A DNA stretch of 64,000 bases from Lama guanicoe (taxonomy: Eukaryota): positions 5,343,842 to 5,407,841 of the forward strand of contig MU053557.1 in NCBI GenBank assembly GCA_013239625.1, written 5' to 3'. Every line of letters starts with the position of its first letter. Positions within the stretch are counted from its first letter, which is position 1. A program made the position numbers and the translations under genes. Of the stretch, positions 1 to 11,870 are shown one piece after another. The notes under the pieces are model-generated. The model saw nothing but the letters and a program-made list of their open reading frames with translations. It was not told the origin of the DNA and did not search any database.

Positions 1-45
1 GTGGCTGGCGGCAGCGCCCTCCCGTTAGCACGTTGTCTCTTGCAG

Positions 46-179
46 GCAATGGCAGTGCCCTGGTGAGGCTGCTCCAGGAGGGCGCCTGCAAGCTGGAGGA
101 GATCGGCTCCTACAGTGAGGAGGAGCTGCGGTGCCTGCTGAGGCAATGTGGCGTCCCTTTTGGGGCAGAAGACTCCAAG
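46..179 (+). CDS. HMGXB3: HMGXB3 internal coding exon (4th from last)
   Basis: ttgcag| acceptor, AAG|gtgagc donor; encodes GNGSALVRLLQEG...FGAEDSK; in phase with next exon. Confidence 0.9.
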
Positions 180-385
180 GTGAGCATCAGAGTGGCACTG
201 GAGTTAGGGACTTGGGGAGCAGGCTGGTGGGCCATTTTTCTGGGTAGGCCTATCAATATCTGTGCCAGGGTGCCTGTGCTGGGCAGAGAGTGCTAGTGGG
301 CAGGACGGCCTGGGAGATAGCAGCCTGGTCATGACCTGCAGGTGAGGCCATCCCTCCTGTCCAGTCAGTTCCTCTGCTGAAGGTG

Positions 386-490
386 GTGAGTCCAGACTCT
401 GGGTCCAGAATCCAGGCTCTCCCACCTACTGTGTGTGACCTTGGATAAGCTATGTCATATTTCTGAGCCTCATTTTCCTTGTTTATACAG
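386..490 (+). mobile_element. MIR SINE
   Basis: aatccaggctct...tgtgtgaccttggataag...tctgagcctcattttcctt core. Confidence 0.65.
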
Positions 491-909
491 TGTCTGATTA
501 TTACACATCCAGGCTCTTAGAAAATGAGTGCAGTTGCATCCAGAGAGAGAGAATGTGTTTTATGCATACATTATTTACTTCCCTTCATTCTGCTGTGCTC
601 TGAAAACTTTATGCTTCCTTCAGGTTCAGACTCAAACGTTAGCTCCTCTTTGAAGGTTTCCCTGCCTTGTGAAAAGTCGGGAGAACCCAGGCCTTAAGAG
701 TCCGACAGCTTGGTCAGGCTGGCTGGCTCTTTCTGTGACCTGGTCCTTTCAGGGCCTCTATCTCTACCTAGAGGATATTGGGCTGGTGTGGCTCCAAGGC
801 CCACTCTGGCCTTCACAGTTGATTGTCTTCCTTTGAGCGTTTGGTGGTGTGTACCAGGCCTCGTCCCTCAGCATTTACTGCTGTGTTTAATCTTGTCCTT
901 CTGCTCTAG

Positions 910-1026
910 GACCAGCTCTGCTTCTCCTTGTTGGCTCTCTATGAATCTGTACAGAATGGAGCCAGAGCTAGACAGCCCCCACCTCATCTCACAGGGGGTA
1001 AAATCTACAAGGTTTGCCCCCATCAG
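910..1026 (+). CDS. HMGXB3: HMGXB3 coding exon (3rd from last)
   Basis: ctctag| ... CAG|gtaaga; 117 nt, DQLCFSLLALYESVQNG...KIYKVCPHQ. Confidence 0.9.
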
Positions 1027-2164
1027 GTAAGAGGGTAATGAGGAGGAGCTCGGGGTGGACTTATTCATGTCGCTTTGCCCACACGCAGAGGATCTGATCT
1101 CGCTTGTTCTGGGAGTTGCACTTAGGTCAGTGGGCAGCTGTGGAGTAGCTCCTTATGGATTTTCTTCTGAGAGTGATGAGGGGCCCATTGGATGGTTTGA
1201 ATGGGAAGTGTCTGATTTTGGTTTTTTAGGCAGATCACTGCTTACATCTGTTGAATGCACAGTGTAGGAGCCAGGATAATTCTGGAAAGGGACAGAGTTG
1301 TCCTGACCTGGGGAGAGGCCAGGGTAGAAAAACCTCTGAACAAGTACTAAGCTGGGGAGATGGCTTCGCAGAGCCTTCAGTTCATGGAGGTGTGTGAGTG
1401 GGCAAGGCGACTGGCTGTCGAGAGTCAGGTGGTCAACCCCTTTACCAGAAGCTGAGTCTGAGGGTCATGCTTGATGCCTCTACCCTGGCAGGTCAGAGCG
1501 TGCTCTGAACATTGTGTTCATGTGACGGAAGTCCTGCTCATGCGAAGCACTTGACAACACAGGGACATGAGAGCTCTAGGACTTGGGGCTGTGCTGGGGT
1601 GGCAGTGTTACTTGGAGGCGACAGTCATGACTGGTAGATGTGGAGGAAGGTAGAGGCAGTTTTCCAGTGTCCACACAGCTACCCAGCATTTGAGTGGCGT
1701 TCTGTCAGTGGAGGTGTAGCCTACATCAGGGGTGCCCATGTGGACAGCACATCAGAGTCTGCTGGGGAGCTGCTTGGACTCCACCCCCAAAGCCTCATTC
1801 CTTAGATTTGGAATACCTCCATTTTTAACCTGATCTTAACTGCTGGTGCTGTGCACCTTGGGAACCACTGGGCTTAGATGGTGCAGGGTGGGGTTTGGAG
1901 CAGATTCCAGAGGTTGGGGAGCAGAGACTTTGAGACTCAGCTGAGGATTGGATGCTCCCAGCTCTTCTGGCTGGAGTGCAGAAATGAGCTGGCGACTTCG
2001 TTTAGTGAGAGAAGTAGGAGGGAAGCTGAATTCCATGGGCTCAGGTAGGATTGCCACAGCTTCAGTCATGAATCCTGCTTGTTCATCTTCGTAGTAACGA
2101 AGTAGTGAACTTAACTTTGAAGATTGGCTTCTCACTCTGTGCTGTGTGTACATCTCCCTGCCAG

Positions 2165-2374
2165 GTGGTCTGTGGCTCCAAGTATCTGGTGCGGGGCGAG
2201 AGTGCCCTCGACCACGTGGATCTGCTCGTCTCTTCCCGTCATTGGCCGCCTGTGTATGTGGTAGACATGGCCGCGCCAGTAGCCCTCTGTGCTGACCTCT
2301 GCTACCCAGAGCTGACCAACCAGATGTGGGGGAGGAATCAGGGCTGTTTCTCTAGCCCGACTGAGCCACCTGTG
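2165..2374 (+). CDS. HMGXB3: HMGXB3 penultimate coding exon
   Basis: ccag| ... GTG|gtgagt; 210 nt, VVCGSKYLVRGES...SSPTEPPV. Confidence 0.92.
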
Positions 2375-2387
2375 GTGAGTTCCTTTT

Positions 2388-5300
2388 GGAGGAAGAGAAG
2401 AGGGAGGAGAAGATATTTGAGGAGGGGATTTGATGAGAAATTTGAGGAGACAAAGAAAGGAGAGGAGATTGGAGGACTGGAGAGGAGATTTGAGATTTGA
2501 CTTGATTGGAGGGGAGAAGATTTGATGAGATTGGAGGGGATTGGAGGAGAGGAGAGGAGAGATTTCAGGAGTTTGGAGGAAAAGAGGAGAGGGGAGGAGA
2601 TTAGAAGACAGGACATTTGAGGAGACAATTGAAATTGAGAGGGGATTGGAGGAGGAGAGAGGAGATGAGAGGAACTGAAGGAGATTTCAGGGGAGAGGGG
2701 ATTTGAGGAAAAGANNNNNNNNNNNNNNNNNNNNNNNNNNNNNNNNNNNNNNNNNNNNNNNNNNNNNNNNNNNNNNNNNNNNNNNNNNNNNNNNNNNNNN
2801 NNNNNNNNNNNNNNNNNNNNNNNNNNNNNNNNNNNNNNNNNNNNNNNNNNNNNNNNNNNNNNNNNNNNNNNNNNNNNNNNNNNNNNNNNNNNNNNNNNNN
2901 NNNNNNNNNNNNNNNNNNNNNNNNNNNNNNNNNNNNNNNNNNNNNNNNNNNNNNNNNNNNNNNNNNNNNNNNNNNNNNNNNNNNNNNNNNNNNNNNNNNN
3001 NNNNNNNNNNNNNNAGACTGAGAGATTGGAGGGATTTGAGGAGAGGAGATTGGAGGAGAGGACGGGATTTCAAGAGGAGAGATTTCAGGAGAGGAGATTT
3101 GAGGAGTGAGTGGAGATTTGAGGGGCTTTGAGGAGAGGGGATTGGAGGAGAGGAGATTGAGAGAGGAGGTGAAAAGAGAGTAGAGGGGATTTAAGGAGAG
3201 AAGATGAGAGATTTAAGGAAAAGAGAGGATTTCAGGAGTGAGTGGAGATTTGAGGAAAAGAGACAGGAGATTGGAGGAGAAGGGATTTCAGGGGCTTTGA
3301 GGAGAGGAGATTGGAGGCGATTGGAGGAGAGGACGGGATTTGAGGAGAGGAGAGATTTCCGGAGAGGAGATTTGAGGGGTTTGAGGAGATTGGAGGAAAA
3401 GAGGAAAGGGGAGGAGATTTGAGGGGAGAGGAGATTTGCGGAAAAGAGGAGAGGGGAATTGAAGAGTGAGTGGAGGTTTGAGGAAAAGAGGATAGAATAG
3501 GAAATTGGAGGGGCTTTGAGGAGGAGATTGGAGATTTCAGGAGAGGAGATTTGATGGGTTTGAGGAGATTGGAGGAAAAGAGGAGAGGGGAGGAGATTAG
3601 ATGACAGGACATTTGAGGAGACAATTGAAATTGAGAGGGGATTGGAGGAGGGGAGAGGAGATTTGAGGATAAGAGGAGAGGGGAGAAGATTTGAAGTCAG
3701 CAGATTTGAGGAGACTTGATGGAAATTGAGGTGAGTGCAGATGTGATGAAAAGGATAGGAGAGAAGAGATTTGAGGGATTGGAGGAGATTTGAGGAAAAG
3801 AGGACAGGAAATTTCAGGAGATTAGAGGAGAGGGGCTTTGAGGAGAGGAGATTGGAGGAAATTTGAGAGACGAGATGATAGGAGATTAGAGGGGATTTGA
3901 AGGATAGGAGAGAAGAGATTTGAGGAGAGGGGATTGGAGGCGATTGGAGGAGAGGACGGGATGTGAGGAGAGATTAGAGGGGCTTTGAGGAGAGGAGTTT
4001 GGAGAGAGGAGAGGGGACTGGAGGAGATTTGATTGAAACTGAGGAGAGGGGATTGGAGGAGAGGAGACTGAGAGAGGAGATGAAAAGAGATTAGAGGGGA
4101 TTTAAGGAGAGAAGATAAGAGGAGACAGGAGAGGGGATTTGAAGACGAGATATGATTGAAACTGAGGAGAGGAGATTGAGAGAGGGGATTGGAGGGATTT
4201 GCGGAGAGGAGATTTCAGAGGGAGGAGGAGAGGAGATTGGAGGAGAGGACGGGATTTCAAGAGGAGAGATTTCAGGAGAGGAGATTTGAGGAGTGAGTGG
4301 AGATTTGAGGGGCTTTGAGGAGAGGGGATTGGAGGAGAGGAGATTGGAGGAAATTTGAGAGACGAGATGATAGGAGATTAGAGGGGATTTGAGAGAAGAT
4401 TTCAGAGGGAGGAGGAGAGAGGAGATGAGTGGAGATTTGAGGGGCTTTGAGGAGAGGGGATGTGAGGAGATTTGATTGAAACTGTGGAGAGGAGAGCAGA
4501 GGAGATTAGAGGGGTTTGGAGGAGAGGACGGGATTTGAGGTGAGGAGAGATTTCCAGAGAGGAGATTTGAATGGTTGGAGGAGATTTGAAGACAAGAGAT
4601 TTGAGGAGACTTGATGGAAATTGAGAGGGGATTGGAGGAGATTTGAGGAAAAGAGGAGAGGGGAATTGAGGAGCGAGTGGAGATTTGAAGAAAAGAGGAT
4701 AGAAGAGATTTGAGGAGCTTAGAGGAGAGGGGGTTTGAGGAGACTTGATTGAAACTGATGGGAGGGAATTGGAGGGGTTTGAGGAGATTGGAGGAGGGGA
4801 GATTTGAGGAGACTTGATGGAAATTTGAGAGGGGATTGGAGGAGATTTGAGGAAAAACGGACAGGAGGTTGGAGGAGAGGGGATTTGAGGGGCTTAAGGA
4901 GAGGAGATAGATATGATTGAAACTGAGGAGACGGGACTGGAGGAGAGAAGATGAGAAGAGATTGGAGGGGAATTGAGTGAGTGGAGATTTGAGGAAAAGA
5001 GGATAGAAGAGAAGAGAGTTGAGGAATTGGAGATTTGAGGAGATTGGAGAGAAGAAAGGGATTTGAGGAAATTTGATTGAAACTGAGGAGAGGGAATTGG
5101 AGAGGAGATTGGAGGAGAGGACGGGATTTGAGGAGAGGAGATTGGAGGAGATTTGAAGAGACTTGATGGAAATTGAGGGGATTGGAGGAGGGGAGAGGAG
5201 ATGAGAGGGAGTGGAGGAGATAGAACTTGAGTGAGTGGAGATTTGAGGAAAAGAGGACAGAAGATTTGAGGAGATTGGAGGAGAGGGGATTTGAGGGGCT

Positions 5301-7276
5301 TTGAGGAGATTTGAAGACAGGAGATTTGAGATTTGACTGAAACCGAGAAGAGGAGATTGGAGGAAATTTGAGAGAGGAGATGAGAGGAGATTGGAGGGGA
5401 TTTGAGGAGATTTGAAGACAGGAGATTTGAGATTTGACTGAAACCGAGAAGAGGAGATTGGAGGAAATTTGAGAGAGGAGATGAGAGGAGATTGGAGGGG
5501 ATTTGAGGAGAGAAGATTTCAGAGGGAGGAGGAGAGAGGAGACAGGAGAGGGGAGGAGATTTGGAGGAGCAAGTGGAGATTTGAGGAAAATAGGATAAGA
5601 GAGGAGATTTGATTGAAACTGAGGAGAGGGGATTGGAGGAGAGGACGGGATTAGAGGTGAGGAGAGATTTCCGGAGAGGAGATTTGAGGAGAGTAGAGGA
5701 TATTAGAGGAGATTGGAGGGGTTTGGAGGAGAGGACATGATTTCAAGAGGAGAGATTTCAGGAGAGGAGATTTGAGGAGTGAATGGAGATTTGAGGGGAT
5801 TGGAGGAGAGGAGATTGAGAGAGGAGATGAAAAGGGATTAGAGGGGATTTAACAGAAGGAGACAGGAGAGGAGAGATTTAAGGAAAAGAGGGGATTTCAG
5901 GAAAAGAGACAGGAGATTTGAGATTGGAGGAGAGGGTATTTCAGGGGCTTTGAGGAGAGGAGATTGGAAGAGAGAGGAGAGGGGATTTGAGGAGATATGA
6001 TTGAAACTGAGGAGAGGGGATTGGAGGGGTTTGAGGAGCAAGTGGAGATTTGAGGAAAAGAGGATAAAAGGAGATTTGAGGGGTTTTAGGAGATTGGAGA
6101 TTTGAAGACAGGAGATTTGAAGAGACTTGATGGAAATTGAGAGGAGATTGGAGGAAAAGAGAGGGAACGTGAGGAGTAAGTGGAGATTTGAGGAAAAGAG
6201 GATAGGAGAGAAGAGAGTTGAGGAATTGGAGATTGGAGAGAAGAAGGGGATTTGAGGAGATTTGATTGAAACTGAGGAGAGGGAATTGGAGGAGAGGAGA
6301 TTGGAGGTGATTGGAGGAGAGGACGGGATTTGAGGAGAGGAGATTGGAGGAGATTTGAAGAGACTTGATGGAAATTGAGGGGATTTGAGCTGGAGGAGAT
6401 GGAACTTAAGGAGTGAGTGGAGATTTGTGGAAAAGAGGACAGAAGATTTGAGGAGATTGGAGGAGAGGGGATTTGAGGAGAGTTGAAGACAGGAGATTTG
6501 AGATTTGATTGAAACCAAGGAGAGGAGATTGGAGGAAATTTGAGAGATGAGAGGAGATTGGAGGAGATTAGAGGGGATTTGAGGAGAGATGATTTCAGAG
6601 GGAGGAGGAGAGAGGAGATTGGAGGAGTGAGTGGAGATTTGAGGAAATTAGGAGAAGAGAAGAGATTTGAGATTTGATTGAAACTGAGGAGAGGAGATTG
6701 GAGGAAATTAGAGGGGAGATTTGAAGACAGGAGACTTGATGGAAATTGAGGGGGGATTGAAGGAGGAGAGGGAATTGAGTGAGTGGAGATTTGATTTGAG
6801 GAAAAGGACAGGAAGTTTGAGGAGATTGGAGGAGAGGGGATTTGAGGGGCTTTGAGGAGAGGGAATTTGAGATTTGATTGAAACTGAGGAGAGGGGATTT
6901 GAGGAGGAGATTTCAGAGGGAGGAGGAGAGAGGAGATAGGAAGAGACAGGAGAGGAGAGGAGATTGGAGGAGATTTGAGGAAGAGAGGCTAGAATAGGAG
7001 ATTTGAGGGGCTTTGAGGAGAGGAGATTGGAGAGGGGAGTTGAGGTTTGATTGAAACTGAGGAGAGGGAATTGGAGGAGAGGAGAGATTTCAGGAGAGGA
7101 GATTTGAGGAGACTTGATGGAAATTGAGAGGGGATTGGAGGAGGGGAGAGGAGATGAGAGGGATTGGAAATTTGAGGGGAGAGGGGATTTGAGGAGTGAG
7201 TGGAGATTTGAGGAAAAGAGGATAGGAGAGAAGAGATTTGAGGGATTGGAGATTTGAGGGGCTTTGAGGAGAGGAG
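2388..7276 (+). repeat. Purine-rich (GA/GGA) mosaic low-complexity tandem array in HMGXB3 last intron
   Basis: Built from recurring words GAGGAGA, GATTTGAGG, GATTGGAGG, TTGATTGAAACTGAGG, GAGTGAGTGGAGA, GACTTGATGGAAATTGAG; C is scarce. Confidence 0.95.
2715..3014. other. Assembly gap (300 N)
   Basis: Run of N inside the array. Confidence 0.99.
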
Positions 7277-7525
7277 CTCTTTCTGGAGTGGAAACCCGAA
7301 CCCAGCAGGCTTACCTTGGTCCATAGGGTTCCGGCACATGAGATTTTATTTGCTTTATGTATGTATGCTCTGTGGTGACAGCAAGTTTATACTTTATTGA
7401 TGCTTTATGCTGACAGGAAGGTTTAAACACCGCTGGCGTAGCCCATAGCCTTCACTCTCACCTACCACACAGCTCCTGTCTTAGCAGTTCCCTTGTGTCA
7501 CAGTGGCTTGTTACCTCCCTTCTAG

Positions 7526-7993
7526 AGCATGTCCTGCCCAGAACTCTCGGACCAGCATTATACCGTGGACATCACAGAGGCTGAACACTCTGTCCAGCAC
7601 CCAGTCACCAAGACTGCCACACGGCGCATTGTCCATGCAGGCACACAGCCCAGTCCTGGTGACCCCAGTGCTGGGCATCACTCCTTGGCCCTGTGTCCTG
7701 AGTTGGCACCCTATGCCACCATCTTGGCCTCCATTGCAGATAGCAGAACAAACAGCGTCCGCCGGCGGCCCATTGCCTTTGACAACGCGACCCACTATTA
7801 CCTCTACAACCGCCTCATGGACTTCCTCACCAGCCGTGAGATTGTCAACCGGCAGATCCACGACATTGTGCAGAGCTGCCAGCCTGGTGAGGTGGTCATC
7901 CGTGACACCCTCTACCGCCTTGGGGTTGCTCAGATCAAGACAGAGACGGAAGAGGATGGTGAGGAAGAGGAGGGGGCCACAGCCACAGAATAA
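7526..7993 (+). CDS. HMGXB3: HMGXB3 terminal coding exon
   Basis: ttctag| acceptor; SMSCPEL...FDNATHYYLYNRLMDFLTSRE...EEEGATATE*, recognisable HMGXB3 C-terminus. Confidence 0.93.
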   Translation, partial: SMSCPELSDQHYTVDITEAEHSVQHPVTKTATRRIVHAGTQPSPGDPSAGHHSLALCPELAPYATILASIADSRTNSVRRRPIAFDNATHYYLYNRLMDFLTSREIVNRQIHDIVQSCQPGEVVIRDTLYRLGVAQIKTETEEDGEEEEGATATE

Positions 7994-8860
7994 GCCAGGC
8001 TCTCGTACAGGAACCGCACCATCTCTCAAGCCATAGTGAGGCCCTTGCCCGAGTTAGATCTGTCTAGGGGACCGGCCTCTTACGCTGGGACTGACCAAAG
8101 AGCTTCCATTTCCTGAGCACTGTGGGGCCTGGGGTCCTTGGTCTCAACCTTCCGGGCGTCAGGAGAGGCACCGGGACACTCCTTACCCCGAGAGTGCACT
8201 TGAGGGGGCACCATACGTTCAGCAGAGGAGATTGGAGGAGAGGGGAGGCTGGGAGCTGCTGACTGCCTGGGGTGCAGTTGGGGTCGGGGTGGAGGTCCTG
8301 GGTGCACCAAGGTTGTGGAAGTTTCCCTTCCCACCCAGTTTCAAGCCCCTGTGGTCTCTTACCTTTGACTAAGGCAAGACTTGGGGGCTTTATTAGCCCA
8401 GGGGGGTCCCTTTGGGTTCTTGATTCTCCCAGAGGAGGATTGGATTTTCCTCCTGTTCCTCCTGCACCTACATCTGGGGGAAGTGGAGGTGGGAGAAACC
8501 GTGAGCTCAGGCTCTCTTCCAGGACTGTCCTCTCCGCCCTGAGCTTTGAGGAAGAGGATCCTCTCCTCCACTCCCTGGCCACTGCCGCCTACATCCTCTG
8601 GGCCCTGGACCCTCACCACAGAGGGGATGTGGCCCTTGAGTATGACATAACCTGGCGGCAGTAGGAGAAACTCCCTTCTGTGAAGGGGAAGCAGACTGGG
8701 CTGTAAGGAAACAGCGGGACTGGCTCAAGTGCCCAGGGTTTGCTTAGGGCACGGGAATTGGCCGTGTTATTTAATTTATTGAGAGGAGTGGAGTCGGTGG
8801 CTTTTTTCCCCTCCCTCTTCCCCCGACCAGAATAAAGTTTATTAAATTATCTGGTTGTGG
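7994..8860 (+). other. HMGXB3: HMGXB3 3' UTR (end approximate)
   Basis: Runs from stop codon to AATAAA at 8831, followed by a GT-rich tract. Confidence 0.7.
8831..8836 (+). terminator. HMGXB3 polyadenylation signal AATAAA
   Basis: Canonical hexamer; second ATTAAA at 8841-8846; downstream ggttgtggtg. Confidence 0.75.
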
Positions 8861-8979
8861 TGCAGCAAGAGTCAGTTCCATCCTTACTGAGTAGAGCTGT
8901 GTGCTGGGCCTCCTGTGGTCCTGGGACGGTCGGTCACAGGGAAGCCGCAGGCTCTCAGGTGGCACAAAAAACCAGAGGC

Positions 8980-9650
8980 CAGCTGAGTTAATGTGGTTAG
9001 TTTAATGCTGACAGACCTCCCACAGCGTGATTGTTAGTTATGATGAGTCTAAGTCAACGTGAGGGAGTGTGTGCTGCTTGCTTGGTGTGGCCAGCCACAT
9101 GGGTCCCCTGCCTTCCAGCTCAGAATGACAGGGGACCGGGCAGAACACCCCAAGCTTTTAGCTGCCACCTGGCTCATTGCAGTGGTACCAGACCCTGGGT
9201 GGGGCTGTGGAGAGAAGGGTAGAGGGCAGAGCGGGACAATTAGATTCTTACAAAGGAGGGTTTCTGCTCCAAGGCTGCTCCTGGGGACGTCATAGGCACA
9301 AAACCAGTCCTTTTCCATCGAGACAGGAGGGAAGTAGGGAAGGTTACTCCTGGAAGTGGGAACAGGTTAAGAGTGAGCTGGGTGTTACCCCAGTTGTCAT
9401 AGCAAACATGAGGCCACAGCATTGAGAACTGGGGGAAAGGGCGGGGCTCAGCCCCAGCCCCTGACTGGCAGTGATGGCTCAGGCCCTGGAAGTGGGATCC
9501 TCTCCCATCTCCCATGGATCCCGTGGCCCTGAGTTTCAGAACTGGGCTGAAATGATTAAGGGCAGAGTCTTTTTTCTCCACATGGTGCCCCATCCATGGA
9601 GGAGTTGAAGCTTGGAGGAGGGGAGAGGCAGTGCTTCCGTCGTCACCTCC
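8980..9650 (-). other. CSF1R: CSF1R 3' UTR (end approximate)
   Basis: Between TGA and ATTAAA; contains miR-34, miR-22 and miR-155 seed matches. Confidence 0.75.
9001..9006 (-). terminator. CSF1R polyadenylation signal ATTAAA
   Basis: Minus strand reads gtcagcATTAAActaac, about 645 nt after the stop codon. Confidence 0.7.
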
Positions 9651-9791
9651 TCAGCAGAACTGGTAGTTATTGGGCTGCAGCAGGGGCTGGGCAACATCCC
9701 CCTGCTCACAGCAGGCCAGGTGCTCACTGGAGCTCTCCTCCTCCGGCTCACTGCTGCCGCCACTGCTGCTGCTGGGCAGGTTACTGTAGTC
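9651..9791 (-). CDS. CSF1R: CSF1R exon 22 (terminal)
   Basis: ccag| acceptor; [21 protein letters not shown]...[10 protein letters not shown]. Confidence 0.95.
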   Translation of the reverse strand, partial: DYSNLPSSSSGGSSEPEEESSSEHLACCEQGDVAQPLLQPNNYQFC

Positions 9792-9824
9792 CTGGGGTGG
9801 GGCGGGGAGGCCAGGGGATGGTCA

Positions 9825-10019
<195 letters not shown>

Positions 10020-10833
10020 TTACCCGTAAGTCTGGGACTCATTACCTGCACACACAGCCTACAGAGTCCTACCCAGCAGATACCAAAACCAAGTCAGAAG
10101 CGAACTTAGCACAAGATCTGTGCCAAATCCTTGGCCTGCATTATCTAATCTTCCCAGTAACCCTGGGTGGTCTCTTCATCATGCCCATTTTGACGATTGA
10201 GGAGGAAAAGCTCAGATGTTATCTTGCCCGAGCTCCTAGGATGAAGGGGCCCTCTTGCTGCTCTCAGGTAGGCTTGAGGTGAGTGGCTGGTGCCAGTGGG
10301 AGGACTGAAGTGTCTGAGGAGCTGGTTAGCCAGCTGGGTACATCAGCCTTGGCACGAAACAGCTGGGTGGCACAGGGAGCAGCGATGTGGAGAGAGTGGC
10401 TGAGGGAAGGTGCAGCGGGTGAGCCTGTGGCCAGCTTGCCCATGGAATGGCTGTGGTGAGGGCAGCAAGCCCGTGAGTAGCTGTGGTGGGCCGACTGTTG
10501 TCAGGTGGTTGGTTAAGAGGCTGCAGTGGCTGGGTGACACCACATACCACCAGGACAGATAAAAGAGAAGAGCCTTCCTTGAGGTCATAACAGTCTGACA
10601 AACATCCATCATGGTGTTAAGGGGCCCAGTTAAGAGCCCTCTTCTCTGAGAACATTCCCCCATGCTAACCAGTGGAAACCCTGAACTTGACCTAGAGGGA
10701 CTTGTCTTAGTCCACTGTTGGCGGGAAGCCTGGCCCTGGAATGCTGTGGACAGGAAGGACGGCCCACACACCTTTCAGTCCCCTCCGACCAAACCCTGGG
10801 CTCTCCTTCCTCTCTTGAGTCGTCCTTCACTTA

Positions 10834-11067
<234 letters not shown>

Positions 11068-11451
11068 TTAACTATGTGTCAGGCACTGCAGGCTTAGGAA
11101 CTCCTAGGAAGTTGAAAGCCTTTGCCTGGGCTCTGTCACACCCACAGGATTCTGGCACGGGGTTTGGAATAAAGTTGAAAGAGAAGTGCATTGAAGGGCT
11201 GAGCCCAAGTCCCTGTGCCTAGTGTTCCCAAGTGGGAGCTGCATCTTCAAGGGTGTGCATGTTTCAGACAATCTGGGGAAACGGCATTCTAGGAAGCAGC
11301 AACTGCACAAGCAGACAGGCAGAGGAGCTGCTTGGAGGGAGTGCCTGTTGGGGTGGAGGGTCTGCCCAGCCCACACAGGAGCTGCAACACTTTGCCCATC
11401 TGCCCACCCACCAGCCCTTGTCTACCCTGACCATGGAGCATCCTTAAACTA

Positions 11452-11870
<419 letters not shown>

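Noticed and set aside
2388..7276. Array as a CRISPR-like repeat-spacer locus
   Set aside because: No constant repeat with unique spacers; mammalian intron; no cas genes.
2338..7339. Ser/Pro/Leu-rich minus-strand ORFs (e.g. 5838-6518, 226 aa) and Arg/Glu/Gly-rich plus-strand ORFs in the array
   Set aside because: By-products of low-complexity composition or the N gap; no splice structure or domain.
7511..8029. 172-aa antisense ORF over the HMGXB3 last exon
   Set aside because: Shadow of a GC-rich coding exon.
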